Positions 17,782 to 26,972 of a stretch of 64,000 nucleotides of DNA are shown one piece after another (position 1 is the first letter of the stretch; each line of letters opens with the position of its first letter). The stretch is from Planctomycetota bacterium (lineage in GTDB: Bacteria > Planctomycetota > SZUA-567 > H5-PLA8), in NCBI GenBank assembly GCA_038227875.1, contig JBBRPR010000001.1:1-64000 (forward strand). Reading direction: 5' to 3'. The notes below the pieces were generated by a model. That model did no database searches. It worked only from the letters and a program-made list of their open reading frames with translations, and was not told the origin of the DNA. The position numbers were made by a program, and so were the translations under genes.

Positions 17782-19098
17782 ATGGCTGAAAGCGGTCCGT
17801 TTCACGATCTGACTCACGAAAAATTGCCGCGCGCGGCGCTCGAAGCTTTGCAGACCCAGAAGCTGCAGGCGATGCTCGGTGCCGTTGCCGCCTCGAATAA
17901 ATTCTACAAGGCAAAGTTCAAAGTTGCCGGCCTGAAGCCGGGCGATCTGGCCAAGGTGGGCGTCGCCGATCTGCCGTTTACGTCGAAAGCGGAGATCATC
18001 AAGGACCAGCAGGCGGTGCCGCCGTTTGGTTCGAATCACACCTTTCCGATCAACGATTACTGCCGCTACCACCAGACGTCCGGCAGCACCGGCAACGCGG
18101 TGCGCTGGCTGGACACGCGCGAGAGCTGGGAATGGATTCTGCGCAGCTGGTCGTATGTGTTCAGCGCCGCCGGCGTGAAACCGAAAGACCGCGTCTGCTT
18201 CGCGTTTTCGTTCGGTCCGTTTCTGGGATTCTGGTCGGCGTACGATGCGGCGGCCAAATTCGGCGCGCTCTGCATGCCGGCCGGCGGCATGAGCACCACC
18301 GCGCGGCTACGCTTCATGCTCGACAACGGCATCACCGTTGTCTGCTGCACGCCCACCTATGCGCTGCGCATGGCTGAAACGGCGGCGGCGGAGAACATCA
18401 ACATTGCGCTCTCGCCCGTGCGGTTGCTGATCGTCGCCGGCGAACCCGGCGGAAGCATTCCGCACACGCGTTCGCGCATTGAGGAACTGTGGGGCGCGCG
18501 CTGCATCGACCATTATGGGATGACGGAGATCGGACCCGCGGCGTTCGAATGCGAGAAAGTGCGCGGCCGCCTCCATATCATCGAAAGTGAATTCATCGCC
18601 GAAGCGCTCAAACCCGGCACCAGCGAGCCCGCCGCGCAAGGCGAATCTGGCGAACTGGTGCTGACCAGCCTGGGCCGCACCGCCAGCCCGCTGCTGCGCT
18701 ACCGCACCGGCGATCTGGTGAAGATGACGCGCCAGAGTCCCTGCGCGTGCGGCCGCTCGTTCGTTTCGCTGGATGAGGGAATTCTGGGGCGCGTCGACGA
18801 CATGCTGGTGGTGCGCGGCGTCAATGTGTATCCCAGCGCGATTGAAGAAGTGCTGCGCCGTTTTCCGGAAGTGACGGAATTCCGCGTCGAGATCGGCCGC
18901 GTGCGCGCGATGACGGAATTGAAGATCGCCATCGAAGCCGGACCCGACGAGCGCGATGCGGCCGCGACGGCGAAGAAAGTATCGACGGATCTCGACCGCT
19001 CGCTGGGCCTGCGCATCGCCGTCGAAGCCGTTGCGGTGGGCACGCTGCCGCGTTTTGAAATGAAAGCTGCGCGCTGGGTGAAAACGAAGGACGAGTAG
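17782..19098 (+). CDS. Phenylacetate-CoA ligase (PaaK) family adenylate-forming enzyme
   Basis: LPFTSK, HQTSGSTG, CTPTYAL, AGEPG, DHYGMTEIG, GELVLTSL, LRYRTGD, GRVDDMLVVRGVNVYPS. The start is placed at ATG 17782. Confidence 0.92.
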   Translation: MAESGPFHDLTHEKLPRAALEALQTQKLQAMLGAVAASNKFYKAKFKVAGLKPGDLAKVGVADLPFTSKAEIIKDQQAVPPFGSNHTFPINDYCRYHQTSGSTGNAVRWLDTRESWEWILRSWSYVFSAAGVKPKDRVCFAFSFGPFLGFWSAYDAAAKFGALCMPAGGMSTTARLRFMLDNGITVVCCTPTYALRMAETAAAENINIALSPVRLLIVAGEPGGSIPHTRSRIEELWGARCIDHYGMTEIGPAAFECEKVRGRLHIIESEFIAEALKPGTSEPAAQGESGELVLTSLGRTASPLLRYRTGDLVKMTRQSPCACGRSFVSLDEGILGRVDDMLVVRGVNVYPSAIEEVLRRFPEVTEFRVEIGRVRAMTELKIAIEAGPDERDAAATAKKVSTDLDRSLGLRIAVEAVAVGTLPRFEMKAARWVKTKDE

Positions 19099-19119
19099 AC
19101 GAGTAAAGGTAACCGTGAA

Positions 19120-19800
19120 ATGAGCGATCGCGTCAGCGTCACGAAACTCTGCAAGCAGTACGAAGCCGGCGGCGAAGCGCGTCGGATTCTAGCCGACGTC
19201 TCGTTCGATGTCGCGGCCGGGCAGTCGCTGGCGATCATGGGGCCTTCCGGGACGGGCAAAAGCACGTTGCTGAACATCATCGGCACGCTGGACACGCCGA
19301 CGTCGGGCACGGTCGATGTTTTCGGCGTCAATCCTTTCTCGCTGCCGGAAAAACAGCTCGCCAGTTTCCGCAACGGGACGATCGGGTTCATTTTTCAGGC
19401 GCACCATCTCTTGCCGCAGTGCAGCATCCTCGAGAACGTGCTGATTCCGTCGCTGATAGCACCGCCCGCACCGAACGCCAAGGAGACGCCGCACGCCCGG
19501 GCCGTCCGATTGATCGAGCGCGTGGGTCTGACTTCGCGGATGAACGCGCGGCCGGGGCAACTGTCCGGCGGCGAATGCCAGCGCGCGGCGGTGGTGCGCT
19601 CGCTGATTAACGCGCCACGCGTGGTGCTGGCAGACGAACCGACGGGAAGTTTGGATCGCAGTTCGGCGGAAACGATCGGCACGCTGCTCTCCGATTTGCG
19701 ACGCGAAGAAAACGTTGCGCTGATTGTCGTCACGCACGCCGAGACGCTCGCGGCGCGCATGGACCGCACGATGACGTTGCGCGATGGCGCGCTGGTATAG
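19120..19800 (+). CDS. ABC transporter ATP-binding protein (LolD/MacB-like)
   Basis: Walker A GPSGTGKS, GFIFQAHHLL, signature LSGGECQR, Walker B VLADEPTG, VTH. Confidence 0.95.
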   Translation: MSDRVSVTKLCKQYEAGGEARRILADVSFDVAAGQSLAIMGPSGTGKSTLLNIIGTLDTPTSGTVDVFGVNPFSLPEKQLASFRNGTIGFIFQAHHLLPQCSILENVLIPSLIAPPAPNAKETPHARAVRLIERVGLTSRMNARPGQLSGGECQRAAVVRSLINAPRVVLADEPTGSLDRSSAETIGTLLSDLRREENVALIVVTHAETLAARMDRTMTLRDGALV

Positions 19801-19804
19801 CACA

Positions 19805-22800
19805 ATGACTTTCACGCGCTTATTGCTTCGCAGTCTCACCTATCACTGGCGCGCGCACGCCGGAGCGGCGCTGGCGGCGGCGGTGGGCACGGCGGTGCTC
19901 TGCGGCGCGCTGATCGTCGGCGATTCGGTGCGGCACAGTCTGCTCGCGATTACCAGCGACCGGCTCGGCGATACGCAATTTGCGTTGATCGGTGGCGACC
20001 GGTTTTTTGGCGATGATTTGGCCAAACGCGTCGCGGCTCAGCCGGACTTTACTAAAAGCTTTTCCGGCGCGCACGCGGTGCTGCTGATTCAAGGCATTGC
20101 CATTCATGAAGCCGACGACGTTCGCGCGTATCAGGTTCAGATCATCGGGACGAAGCCGGATTTCTGGACCATCGGCACGGACGGGCCGGCGGAAGCGCTG
20201 AAGAGCGGCGAAATCGCGATCAACGCGTCGTTAGCGCACAAACTCGGGGCGGCTGTCGGCGACGCGGTGCGCGTTCGTGTCAGCAAGCCGGGTGTGTTGC
20301 CGCTTGATGCGCCGCTGGGTTCGAAGGCCGACAGCGCGGTGATTCTGCGCGCGAAAGTGAAAGCGATTCTGCCGGATAAAGGGCTGGGCCGCTTCAGCCT
20401 CAATGCCAATCAAGTCGCGCCGTACAATTTGTTTCTGCCGATCGAAGATCTGCAGACCAAACTGACGCAGAAGGGCCGCGCCAACCTGCTGCTCGTGGCT
20501 GGCAAAGGTGCCGGCTCGCTGGAGGTCGCTCAGCACGCGCTGCAGGCGGCGTGGACGCTCGACGACGCGCAGATTCGCGTGCGCAAGGAAGAGGCGCTGG
20601 GCTTTACGGAACTGTCGACGCCACGCGTATTTCTCGACGACAATTTTGTGAGTACGCAGATCGGGTCGGGCATTTCGACATATTTCGTCAACGCGATCCG
20701 CGCCAATGGCAAAGAGACGCCGTACTCGATGGTGACGGCCGCCGGCGCACCGCTGACGGATGCGGATCTGAAAGAAGACGAAATTGAACTGAACGCGTGG
20801 ACCGCCGAAGACCTCGGTGCGAAAGTCGGTGACGCCGTCGAGATTGAATATTGGGTCGTCGGCCTGCAGCGCAAGTTGGAGACGCGGACGGCGAGCTTCA
20901 AACTCAAACGCATCGTCCCGATAGAAGGGCTGCACGCGGACCGGAATCTGATGCCCGATTTTCCCGGCATCGCCGACGTCGATTCCACGCACGATTGGGA
21001 CGCCAGCGTACCGATCGACATGAAAAAGATCCGCCCGAAAGACGAAGACTACTGGAAAAAATACCGCGGCACGCCGAAGGCTTTCATTGCGTTAAAAAGG
21101 GGCGAACAGCTCTGGCGCAATCGGTTCGGGATGTACACGGCGCTGAGGTATCCATTAAGTAATCCGCCGAAGCTTTTGGGGACTGCTTTGCCGCCAGAGA
21201 TGCTGGGCATCAAATTCGCCGATGTGAAAAACGCGGGCGTGAAGTCGGCGGGCGAAGGCACGGACTTTGGCGGCTTGTTTCTCGGCTTCAGTTTCTTCCT
21301 GATCATCGCAGCCCTGCTGCTGATGGCGCTGGTCTTCCAGTTCGGCGTCGAATCGCGTTCCGGCGAGACTGGACTGCTGCTGGCGGTTGGCTTCTCCACA
21401 CGCCGCGTGCGCACGCTGCTCCTTATAGAGGGTGTGCTGGTCGCTACGGTTGGCTCGGCACTGGGGATGTTCGGCGCGACGGCGTACGCGCAGGCGCTGC
21501 TGTCGGTGCTGGCCACGCGCTGGGTCGCGGCAGTGGGGACCTCGTCGTTGGAATATCACGCCGAACCCATGTCGCTCTACATTGGCTTCGCCTCGGGAAT
21601 TTTCATGGCGGCGATCGCGATTTTCTTCGCCGTGCGCAAGCAGGCCTCGCGCAGCGCGCGGGAGTTGCTGGCCGCGTCCGGCCGCCATGCCGAACCGTTT
21701 TCACCCATGGGAAAAATTGCGAAGATCGTCGGCGTCGTCTCGTTTGTCTCCGCGCTCGGTGCGGTCGGCTGGGCGCTGGCGACGGGCAACCGCGCGTCGG
21801 CGGAAGTGTTTTTCTCAGCCGGAGCGCTGCTGCTGATCGCTGCGTTGATCCTGGTGCGGCGCTTGTTCTCGCCAAAATCGGAAGCTGCGCTGGTCCACAC
21901 AGCGCAAGGGCAATCGGCATTCCAGGCGCTGCTGGGGCTGGGCGTGCGCGGAGCTTCGCGGCGCGCGGGACGCAGCACGGCCACCGCGGCGCTGCTGGCC
22001 TGCGGCACGTTTCTGGTCGTCGCTGTTGGTGCGAACAAGCAAGACGCGACAGTCAACGCGCAGGACCGCTCGTCGGGCACCGGCGGTTTCGCGCTGTACG
22101 CGCAGTCGACCAATCCGGTGTACGAGGATCTCAATACCAAGAAGGGGCGCGAAGTCGTTGGCGTTCCGGACGCGCTGCTTTCCGGTGTTACTGTTTTTCC
22201 CCTGCGCGTAAAGGGCGGCGACGAAGCCAGTTGCCTGAACCTGAACCGCGCGAGCAATCCGCGGATCGTCGGCGTGCCGAAGTCGCTCACGGAGCGCGGC
22301 GGATTCAGTTTCGCCAGCATTCTCGACGAGAAAATCAAAAAGGAGCACGGTTGGGAGGCGCTCCACGATTCCAATTCGGAAATCGTTCCGGCGATCTGCG
22401 ACGACCAGGCGCTGACGTACATTTTGAATTTGAAGCTTGGCGACACGCTGACCATCGCCGACGAACACGGTGCGCCGCGCAAACTGAAATTCGTCGCGAC
22501 GCTCAACAGCAGCATCCTGCAGGGCAGTGTGCTGATCTCCGAAGAATCGTTCCTGAGTCTCTATCCGTCGCAGAGCGGTTATCTCGCGTTCCTGATCGAC
22601 GCGCCGTTTGAAAAATCGGCGGAGACTTCAAAAGGTCTCGCGAGCGCGCTGGCCGACGAGGGCTTTGATCCGATTCCCGCCGCGGAGCGGCTGGCGAGTT
22701 TCAACGCGGTGGAAAATACGTACCTTTCCACGTTCCAGGCGCTGGGCGGACTGGGTATGCTGCTGGGTAGCCTGGGGCTGGGCGTCGTGGTGCTGCGCAA

Positions 22801-23098
22801 CATGCTCGAGCGGCGCGGCGAGTTGGCTCTGCTGCGCGCGGTCGGTTATTCACGCGCGGCGATTGGCTGGCTGGTGTTGAGCGAACATCTGTGGCTGCTG
22901 GTGCTCGGGCTGGCTTCGGGGATGATCGCGGCGCTCGTGGCCGTTGCTCCGGCGCTGCAGTCGACGGCGGTGCCGGTGCCGTGGCTGAGCATCCTGGCGA
23001 CGCTGGGCGCGGTGTTTGTATTCGGATTGCTTGCGGCGCTGGCCGCCACGGGATGGATGCTGCGCCAGCCGTTGTTGCCGGCGCTCAGGAGTGAGTGA
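19805..23098 (+). CDS. Large FtsX/MacB-like ABC transporter permease
   Basis: Multiple TM bundles with two FtsX-type motifs (RSGETGLLLAVGF; ERRGELALLRAVGY) and large periplasmic loops; adjacent to the ATPase gene. Confidence 0.92.
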   Translation: MTFTRLLLRSLTYHWRAHAGAALAAAVGTAVLCGALIVGDSVRHSLLAITSDRLGDTQFALIGGDRFFGDDLAKRVAAQPDFTKSFSGAHAVLLIQGIAIHEADDVRAYQVQIIGTKPDFWTIGTDGPAEALKSGEIAINASLAHKLGAAVGDAVRVRVSKPGVLPLDAPLGSKADSAVILRAKVKAILPDKGLGRFSLNANQVAPYNLFLPIEDLQTKLTQKGRANLLLVAGKGAGSLEVAQHALQAAWTLDDAQIRVRKEEALGFTELSTPRVFLDDNFVSTQIGSGISTYFVNAIRANGKETPYSMVTAAGAPLTDADLKEDEIELNAWTAEDLGAKVGDAVEIEYWVVGLQRKLETRTASFKLKRIVPIEGLHADRNLMPDFPGIADVDSTHDWDASVPIDMKKIRPKDEDYWKKYRGTPKAFIALKRGEQLWRNRFGMYTALRYPLSNPPKLLGTALPPEMLGIKFADVKNAGVKSAGEGTDFGGLFLGFSFFLIIAALLLMALVFQFGVESRSGETGLLLAVGFSTRRVRTLLLIEGVLVATVGSALGMFGATAYAQALLSVLATRWVAAVGTSSLEYHAEPMSLYIGFASGIFMAAIAIFFAVRKQASRSARELLAASGRHAEPFSPMGKIAKIVGVVSFVSALGAVGWALATGNRASAEVFFSAGALLLIAALILVRRLFSPKSEAALVHTAQGQSAFQALLGLGVRGASRRAGRSTATAALLACGTFLVVAVGANKQDATVNAQDRSSGTGGFALYAQSTNPVYEDLNTKKGREVVGVPDALLSGVTVFPLRVKGGDEASCLNLNRASNPRIVGVPKSLTERGGFSFASILDEKIKKEHGWEALHDSNSEIVPAICDDQALTYILNLKLGDTLTIADEHGAPRKLKFVATLNSSILQGSVLISEESFLSLYPSQSGYLAFLIDAPFEKSAETSKGLASALADEGFDPIPAAERLASFNAVENTYLSTFQALGGLGMLLGSLGLGVVVLRNMLERRGELALLRAVGYSRAAIGWLVLSEHLWLLVLGLASGMIAALVAVAPALQSTAVPVPWLSILATLGAVFVFGLLAALAATGWMLRQPLLPALRSE

Positions 23099-24888
23099 TG
23101 CGCGCGCTTGCGGTCCTCGCCATGATGACATTTGCCGCGTTTGCCTACGCCGGCGAAGCGGATGCGGAAAAAGTCGACGCCGTAAAGGGCCGTGAAATTT
23201 TGCTCACGGTTACCGTGCCGCCGCGGCCGTTCTACGTGATCGGCGAATCGATTCCGATCGAATGGAAATTCACCAATACGACTTCCGAGCCAATGGGGAT
23301 GCTCTGGGAGCGCTGCTGCCTGACGTATGGCGGCGTGAGCATGGTGGACGAAAAAGGCGAGCGGCTGGAGCGCAAGGTTCCACCGCCGCCGCCCGACGCG
23401 CCGCCGGGCTGGACGCCGGATCCGAAAGCGCTCCAGGCGTTTCACGCCTTCCCTCCCATCTCGCAGATTGCGCCGCACGACAGCGTCACCTTCACCACGG
23501 TGCTCGACAATTGGGTGGAACTGGCGCACGGCGGAAAATTCAAAGTCACCGCGCGCTACGCGGGCGCGCCGGCCAGTGCGCTGCAGCAGGGCGAGAAGGT
23601 GAAGATGTGGAATGGCTCCGCCGAAGCGCCGTCGTTTGAGCTGGAGTTGCTGACGCCGCGGGAGTACGTAGAGAAGCGGGGCGGTCTGGGAGAGATCGGC
23701 GCGCAAGTCACTCCTGATTCTCAAGTGCTGAAGCCTGGGGAGCCACTTAAGTTTACGCTGGTCGCCAGTTCCATCCGCCAGAAATATTCGAAGCTGAGTT
23801 TCGGTGTCTGGATACTCGATCCAAGCGGCAAGCGCGTGACGTCCGAGCGCGCCGTCGTGGAGAACGAAATCGAGCTAGGGACGCATGAGGCCAAGCCAGT
23901 TGAAACTTCAGTCTCTCCCGAAGCAATGCTGGGTCAGTCACTGGCTCCGGGATACAGCGCGTTCGTGGACCTGATCGATCTGGACGAGCCCAGCCAGCGT
24001 TTTCCCAGCAAACCTGTAACGTTCTCCTTTGAACTCAACCGCGACAGCGTGCTCGCGCTGATTCGCGATGCGGTGAAACATCCGGGCGTGCGCGGGGAGC
24101 GCAGCCTTTCGATGCGGTCGCTGCGCGCGTATTTGAAGCAGGCTGAGCCGTTCCTGCGCGCCGATGGTTTTGCCTCGGCGCTGACGGAAGACGCGGAGAA
24201 AAAGTTGTGTGCGGATCTGCGGCTCGCGGCCGCCGTGGCCCATCTTGCTGACAAACAACAGGTTTACCGCGTGGGTGTGGCCGAAGCGGAGCCGGGGATG
24301 TGGAAGCTCGCCGACGCGGGTCTTGCAACGGAGCTCAATTGGGATGTGCCGAAGATCAAGGAGGTCACTGCAAACAACCTCGCGGCGATCCAGGCGATTC
24401 ACAATCATCTCGGCGGCCGAATCGCGTTTGAAATTCTGGCCAACCCGAAAACGCGCGTGCTGGATATCCGGAATTTGTGCGACCAGTTGGTCCGCACGAA
24501 AGTCATGGCTCAAACGACGCTGCGCCTGGTTGTTCCCGATGAGAAAGCGCCGGGCGTAACCATCCGACTGACGGATCAGCCGCGAGCAAATGTGATGGTG
24601 ACTGAGGGAGTGGTCTCGTCGGAATTTGCAGTGGGCTACGCGATCAAGTTGCCAGACCCAAAATTTCCGGAGTCGTTGACGACCTTTTCCACAGAGGAGA
24701 TAGATTCTGGGCCTGGGCGTAAAGGATATTATAGGTACGTTGACGCCGCAAAATTCCGCGAAGCGATATTAAAGGTTTATTCGGCCGATTCTGTTCGCGT
24801 ACTTCTCGATGTCCATAAGGATTCGCCGTTGAATCCGTTGCTCATTTCCCCTTTGGCTGGCTTCGGCGTCGTGGAATTGCAGCGATGA
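23098..24888 (+). CDS. Secreted hypothetical protein
   Basis: Signal peptide MRALAVLAMMTFAAFAYA. Coupled to its neighbours by TGATG (upstream) and ATGA (downstream) overlaps. No family recognised. Confidence 0.8.
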   Translation: MRALAVLAMMTFAAFAYAGEADAEKVDAVKGREILLTVTVPPRPFYVIGESIPIEWKFTNTTSEPMGMLWERCCLTYGGVSMVDEKGERLERKVPPPPPDAPPGWTPDPKALQAFHAFPPISQIAPHDSVTFTTVLDNWVELAHGGKFKVTARYAGAPASALQQGEKVKMWNGSAEAPSFELELLTPREYVEKRGGLGEIGAQVTPDSQVLKPGEPLKFTLVASSIRQKYSKLSFGVWILDPSGKRVTSERAVVENEIELGTHEAKPVETSVSPEAMLGQSLAPGYSAFVDLIDLDEPSQRFPSKPVTFSFELNRDSVLALIRDAVKHPGVRGERSLSMRSLRAYLKQAEPFLRADGFASALTEDAEKKLCADLRLAAAVAHLADKQQVYRVGVAEAEPGMWKLADAGLATELNWDVPKIKEVTANNLAAIQAIHNHLGGRIAFEILANPKTRVLDIRNLCDQLVRTKVMAQTTLRLVVPDEKAPGVTIRLTDQPRANVMVTEGVVSSEFAVGYAIKLPDPKFPESLTTFSTEEIDSGPGRKGYYRYVDAAKFREAILKVYSADSVRVLLDVHKDSPLNPLLISPLAGFGVVELQR

Positions 24889-26291
24889 AGTTGCGCGCGA
24901 CCGTACTCGCGTTGGTGCTCGCGATTTCGTACGCACACGCCGCCGACGAGCCGCAGCCGAATCCCGACGTCACGTTCCACGCCAAGCCCAAGGCGCTTCC
25001 GGCCGGCGCGGTCACGGAGAACTGGGAGCCGTTTCTCGGGGCGCGGCACGATGGGACGTCGCTTGAGACGCACACGCTGAAGAAATTCCCGGAGGCGGGG
25101 CTTTCCATCGTCTGGGAGATGAAGCGCGGGGCGGGGTATGCCTCGCCGGCGATCTCGGGCGACCGGCTGGTCTACATTCATCGCATCGAGAACGATGAAG
25201 TCGTCGAGTGCCTCCACCCGGAGACCGGGGCGCGCTACTGGCAATTCAAGTACGCCACGCAGTACCGCGACCGCTACGGGTACAACAACGGTCCGCGCTG
25301 CTCGCCGGTGATTGACGGCGAACGCGTCTACACGTTCGGCGCCGAAGGGCTGCTGCACTGCCTGAATCTGAATACGGGCGCGGTTGTCTGGAAGCTCGAC
25401 GTCAACACCGACTACGCCGTCGCGCAGAACTTTTTTGGCGTCGGCGCAACGCCGTTGATCGAAGGCGAACTGCTGATCGTCAATGCGGGCGGGTCCGAAC
25501 ATCGCGGCGTTGTGGCATTGGATAAACTGACCGGCAAGCAGCGCTGGGCCTGCGGCGATTGGGGCGCGAGTTACGCTTCGCCGGTCGCTGCCGATATTCA
25601 CGGCAAGCGCCGCGTGCTGGTCTTTGCGGGAGGCGACAGCAATCCGCCGACCGGCGGGCTGCTCTGCATCGATCCGGCCAACGGCGCGGTCGATTTTACG
25701 TTTCCGTGGCGCAGCAAGAGCTACGAATCGGTCAACGCGGTCCAGCCGTGCGTGGTAGGTGACCAGGTGTTCGTCACGGCGTCGTACGGAGCGGGCGGAG
25801 CGCTGGTCAATATCACGCCGGAGATGAAAGCCGAGCAGGCGTGGAGCAACGGTCTTTTCGGCGTGCATTTCAGCACGGTGATGCAGCGCGATGGATTTCT
25901 CTATGGCTTCGACGGCCGCCACACGCAGAACGCGTTTCTGACGTGCTTCGAGATCAAGTCCGGCAAGAACCCATGGCGCAAGCAGCTCATCTGGCAGGAG
26001 CCGGTGGAACTGGCCGGCGAAAAACGGCTGCGCCAATTTGGCGTCGGCCGCGGTTCGCTGTTGCCGGTCGAGGGCCAATACCTGTGCCTCGGCGAAACGG
26101 GAGAATTGCTGCGGTTGGAGCTATCCGAGAAAGGCTGCGTCGAAGTCGAACGCTCGCGCCTGTTCGAAGCCTCGGAAACGTGGAGCCCCATGGTGCTGAG
26201 CCACGGGTTGCTTTACGTCGCTCAGAATTTTCGCGACGCACACGCGCAGACGGGTTTGCGGCTGATCTGCTACGACTTTCGCGGCGAGTAA
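24885..26291 (+). CDS. Secreted PQQ-like (BamB-like) beta-propeller protein
   Basis: Signal peptide; WEPFLGARHDG, GAGYASPAI, ECLHPETGARYW, HCLNLNTGAVVW, ALDKLTGKQRW repeats. Confidence 0.9.
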   Translation: MKLRATVLALVLAISYAHAADEPQPNPDVTFHAKPKALPAGAVTENWEPFLGARHDGTSLETHTLKKFPEAGLSIVWEMKRGAGYASPAISGDRLVYIHRIENDEVVECLHPETGARYWQFKYATQYRDRYGYNNGPRCSPVIDGERVYTFGAEGLLHCLNLNTGAVVWKLDVNTDYAVAQNFFGVGATPLIEGELLIVNAGGSEHRGVVALDKLTGKQRWACGDWGASYASPVAADIHGKRRVLVFAGGDSNPPTGGLLCIDPANGAVDFTFPWRSKSYESVNAVQPCVVGDQVFVTASYGAGGALVNITPEMKAEQAWSNGLFGVHFSTVMQRDGFLYGFDGRHTQNAFLTCFEIKSGKNPWRKQLIWQEPVELAGEKRLRQFGVGRGSLLPVEGQYLCLGETGELLRLELSEKGCVEVERSRLFEASETWSPMVLSHGLLYVAQNFRDAHAQTGLRLICYDFRGE

Positions 26292-26300
26292 AATCGGCAT

Positions 26301-26582
26301 TCAAAAGTTGATGATGTCATCCAGCGCGGAGACAGAGATCACGCGGGCGAGGCGGACGTACGTCAGCTTGCGGTTGGTGCGTGTGCCGAGCTTCTTGGTT
26401 TCGTGCGCGTAGGATTCTTTCGTGCTTTTGCTGTCGCCGGTGTCGTGAACGTCAACGTCGGCGACGACCAGGAAGTCGTGGCCAACCTTTTCCAGCAGTC
26501 CGATGTAGATCAGCGATGAATCGGTATCGACGACGATCTGGCGGCCGATCAGCGCGTCGAGTTCCGAGGGTTTTGCATCCAT
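26301..26582 (-). CDS. Small conserved protein with probable Sm/LSm-like fold
   Basis: LDALIGRQIVVDTDSSLIYIGLLEKVGHDFLVVADV resembles Sm1 and LTYVRLARVISVS resembles Sm2. RBS AGGAG. Confidence 0.7.
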   Translation of the reverse strand: MDAKPSELDALIGRQIVVDTDSSLIYIGLLEKVGHDFLVVADVDVHDTGDSKSTKESYAHETKKLGTRTNRKLTYVRLARVISVSALDDIINF

Positions 26583-26609
26583 GATGTCGACTCCTGACGG
26601 CGCTGAATG

Positions 26610-26740
26610 GGTGTCCCTTAGTGACAGCTGTCACTAAGGGACACCTCTGGGCCACGTGGCCCACAGGTTAATATGACTCTGGTGCAAATTTGCGGCAAGG
26701 TCCGAACTGCTCGTTTGGGGCGGGAACCAATTGGTCCCCG
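26610..26740. repeat. Cluster of four spacer-less palindromes
   Basis: 26610-26645 is a perfect 36-bp palindrome; 26643-26668 pairs 12/13; 26675-26702 pairs 10/14; 26721-26740 pairs 9/10. Confidence 0.85.
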
Positions 26741-26972
26741 GGGAAAACACGACTCGATGCGTGGCGCAGCGTTATGTCCGACAAAAAAGCTACGTGATGC
26801 TCTATTTAGATAATCGAATAAAAATAAACTAACATTATTTCGCGCTTTCGAGGTTTGGAGTGTATAACGTGGTGCGAGCACACTGGGGTTTGGAGGCCTT
26901 TTTAGAGCAATAAGATGGTGTTCCAGATGCACATTGTGTAAATTGCGAGGCTGGCCGCTGGGGGTATTTTCA

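Noticed and set aside
17644..18072. N-terminal extension of the serA-like ORF (545 aa in the track)
   Set aside because: It overlaps the divergent ligase gene. The family N-terminus MRVLIAD starts at 17643 with an upstream GGAG.
16225..19098. 957-aa ORF suggesting a fusion to the PaaK-like ligase
   Set aside because: The first 519 codons are mostly the antisense of serA/mtnC. Ligase similarity begins near ATG 17782.
26610..26743. CRISPR array or protelomerase site
   Set aside because: The units are not identical direct repeats with unique spacers, and there are no cas or protelomerase genes in the window. Kept only as a palindrome cluster.
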